Source: Tubulanus polymorphus (taxonomy: Eukaryota; Animalia; Nemertea). Taken from it: a stretch of 64,000 nucleotides of DNA. The translations under genes were made by a program, and so were the position numbers. The notes beneath the pieces were generated by a model. The model saw nothing but the letters and a program-made list of their open reading frames with translations. It was not told the origin of the DNA and searched no databases. This document shows, in pieces, positions 63,248-64,000 of the stretch. Every line of letters begins with the position of its first letter. Position 1 is the first letter of the stretch. The DNA lies in the NCBI RefSeq assembly GCF_964204645.1, contig NC_134032.1:13876275-13940274 (forward strand). The letters run 5' to 3'.

Positions 63248-63715
63248 TTATATCAGATAGTCTATTGACTGATAACAGCAAACTCTATCATCAATGTTTC
63301 GATAGATTGAATTGTTTCCATATGTTACTTTACATCGCAAAATTGATGTATTGTAATCACATTGGTTTGGTATATTTTTTTCTGAATGCGATTTTCCACA
63401 CTGTTCGGCACATCCTGCTTTACGGTTCATATCATTACAACAGCAAAATGTAGACACTGAAAAACAACAAAATAATCAAAATATAAATTTCAATCAGAGA
63501 TAGATTTCAATCCGATCAAAATATTACAAAGCTACTAATTCGAATACAAAAGGAATTAAGAGAAAGTAATATTTACCTGATTTGCTTGAGTTATTTGTCC
63601 AGTTGACCGTAGATTTGAATTGATCACAGAGCAAGTTGACAGTTACTAATATATGCGCGGTGTCGACTTTGCGCTTAGACTGTCCCATATCATAACAGCA
63701 GCAAATTGTAGAAAC
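63248..63715 (-). CDS. Putative terminal exons of an unknown Cys-rich protein (possibly a pseudogene) extending beyond the window
   Basis: Phase-1 exons ~63715-63577 (VSTICCCYDMGQ...NWTNNSSKS) and ~63456-63248 (VSTFCCCNDMN...VCCYQSIDYLI*), with canonical and nearly identical splice contexts. Confidence 0.35.
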
Positions 63716-63857
63716 TGAAAAACAACAAAATAATCAAAACATAAATATAGATTTCAATCCAATCAAAATGTTACAAATCTATAAAGTAATTCGAATACAA
63801 GGAATTATGAGAAAGAAATATTTACCTGATTTGCTTGAGTTGTTTGTCCAGTTGATG

Positions 63858-63985
63858 GAACTGATAGCGATACTGTCCACGAGACGAAACTGATAGCGAT
63901 ACCATCCACGAGACGCAGCTGATAGCGATACTGTCCACGAGATGCAACTGATAGCGATACTGTCCACGAGATGCAACTGATAGCA
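63858..63985. repeat. 29-bp tandem repeat
   Basis: Unit actgatagcgatactgtccacgagatgca. Confidence 0.85.
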
Positions 63986-64000
63986 ATATAGTGGATTTTG

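Overview
AT-rich eukaryotic genomic DNA from an invertebrate animal, probably a spiralian (inferred from gene content and intron structure), with spliced genes. In order: a large-exon leucine-rich-repeat gene (- strand) that appears to lie in an intron of an SMCHD1 orthologue (+; last 10 exons, including the SMC hinge); a ~5.1-kb spacer-less inverted satellite of ~96-bp units; SMNDC1/SPF30 (-); NPC1 (-; 21 coding exons, one GC-AG intron); ERGIC3 (-) with ROMO1 nested antisense in intron 8; ACOX1 (-; 14 exons, ending in SKL); and a poorly resolved Cys-rich, exon-duplicated locus at the right edge. Introns carry many MITEs (Harbinger-, piggyBac-, hAT- and Tc1/pogo-like) and minisatellites. The most notable signals outside the ORF track are: (1) six intronic loci with minimal Penelope-type hammerhead-ribozyme motifs, three of them inverted pairs; (2) the foldback-like satellite palindrome just downstream of SMCHD1; (3) nested genes and nested transposons; (4) CLEAR/M-box-like motifs shared by NPC1 and ACOX1. 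All gene models were spliced by eye and identified from recalled protein motifs; no database search was run.
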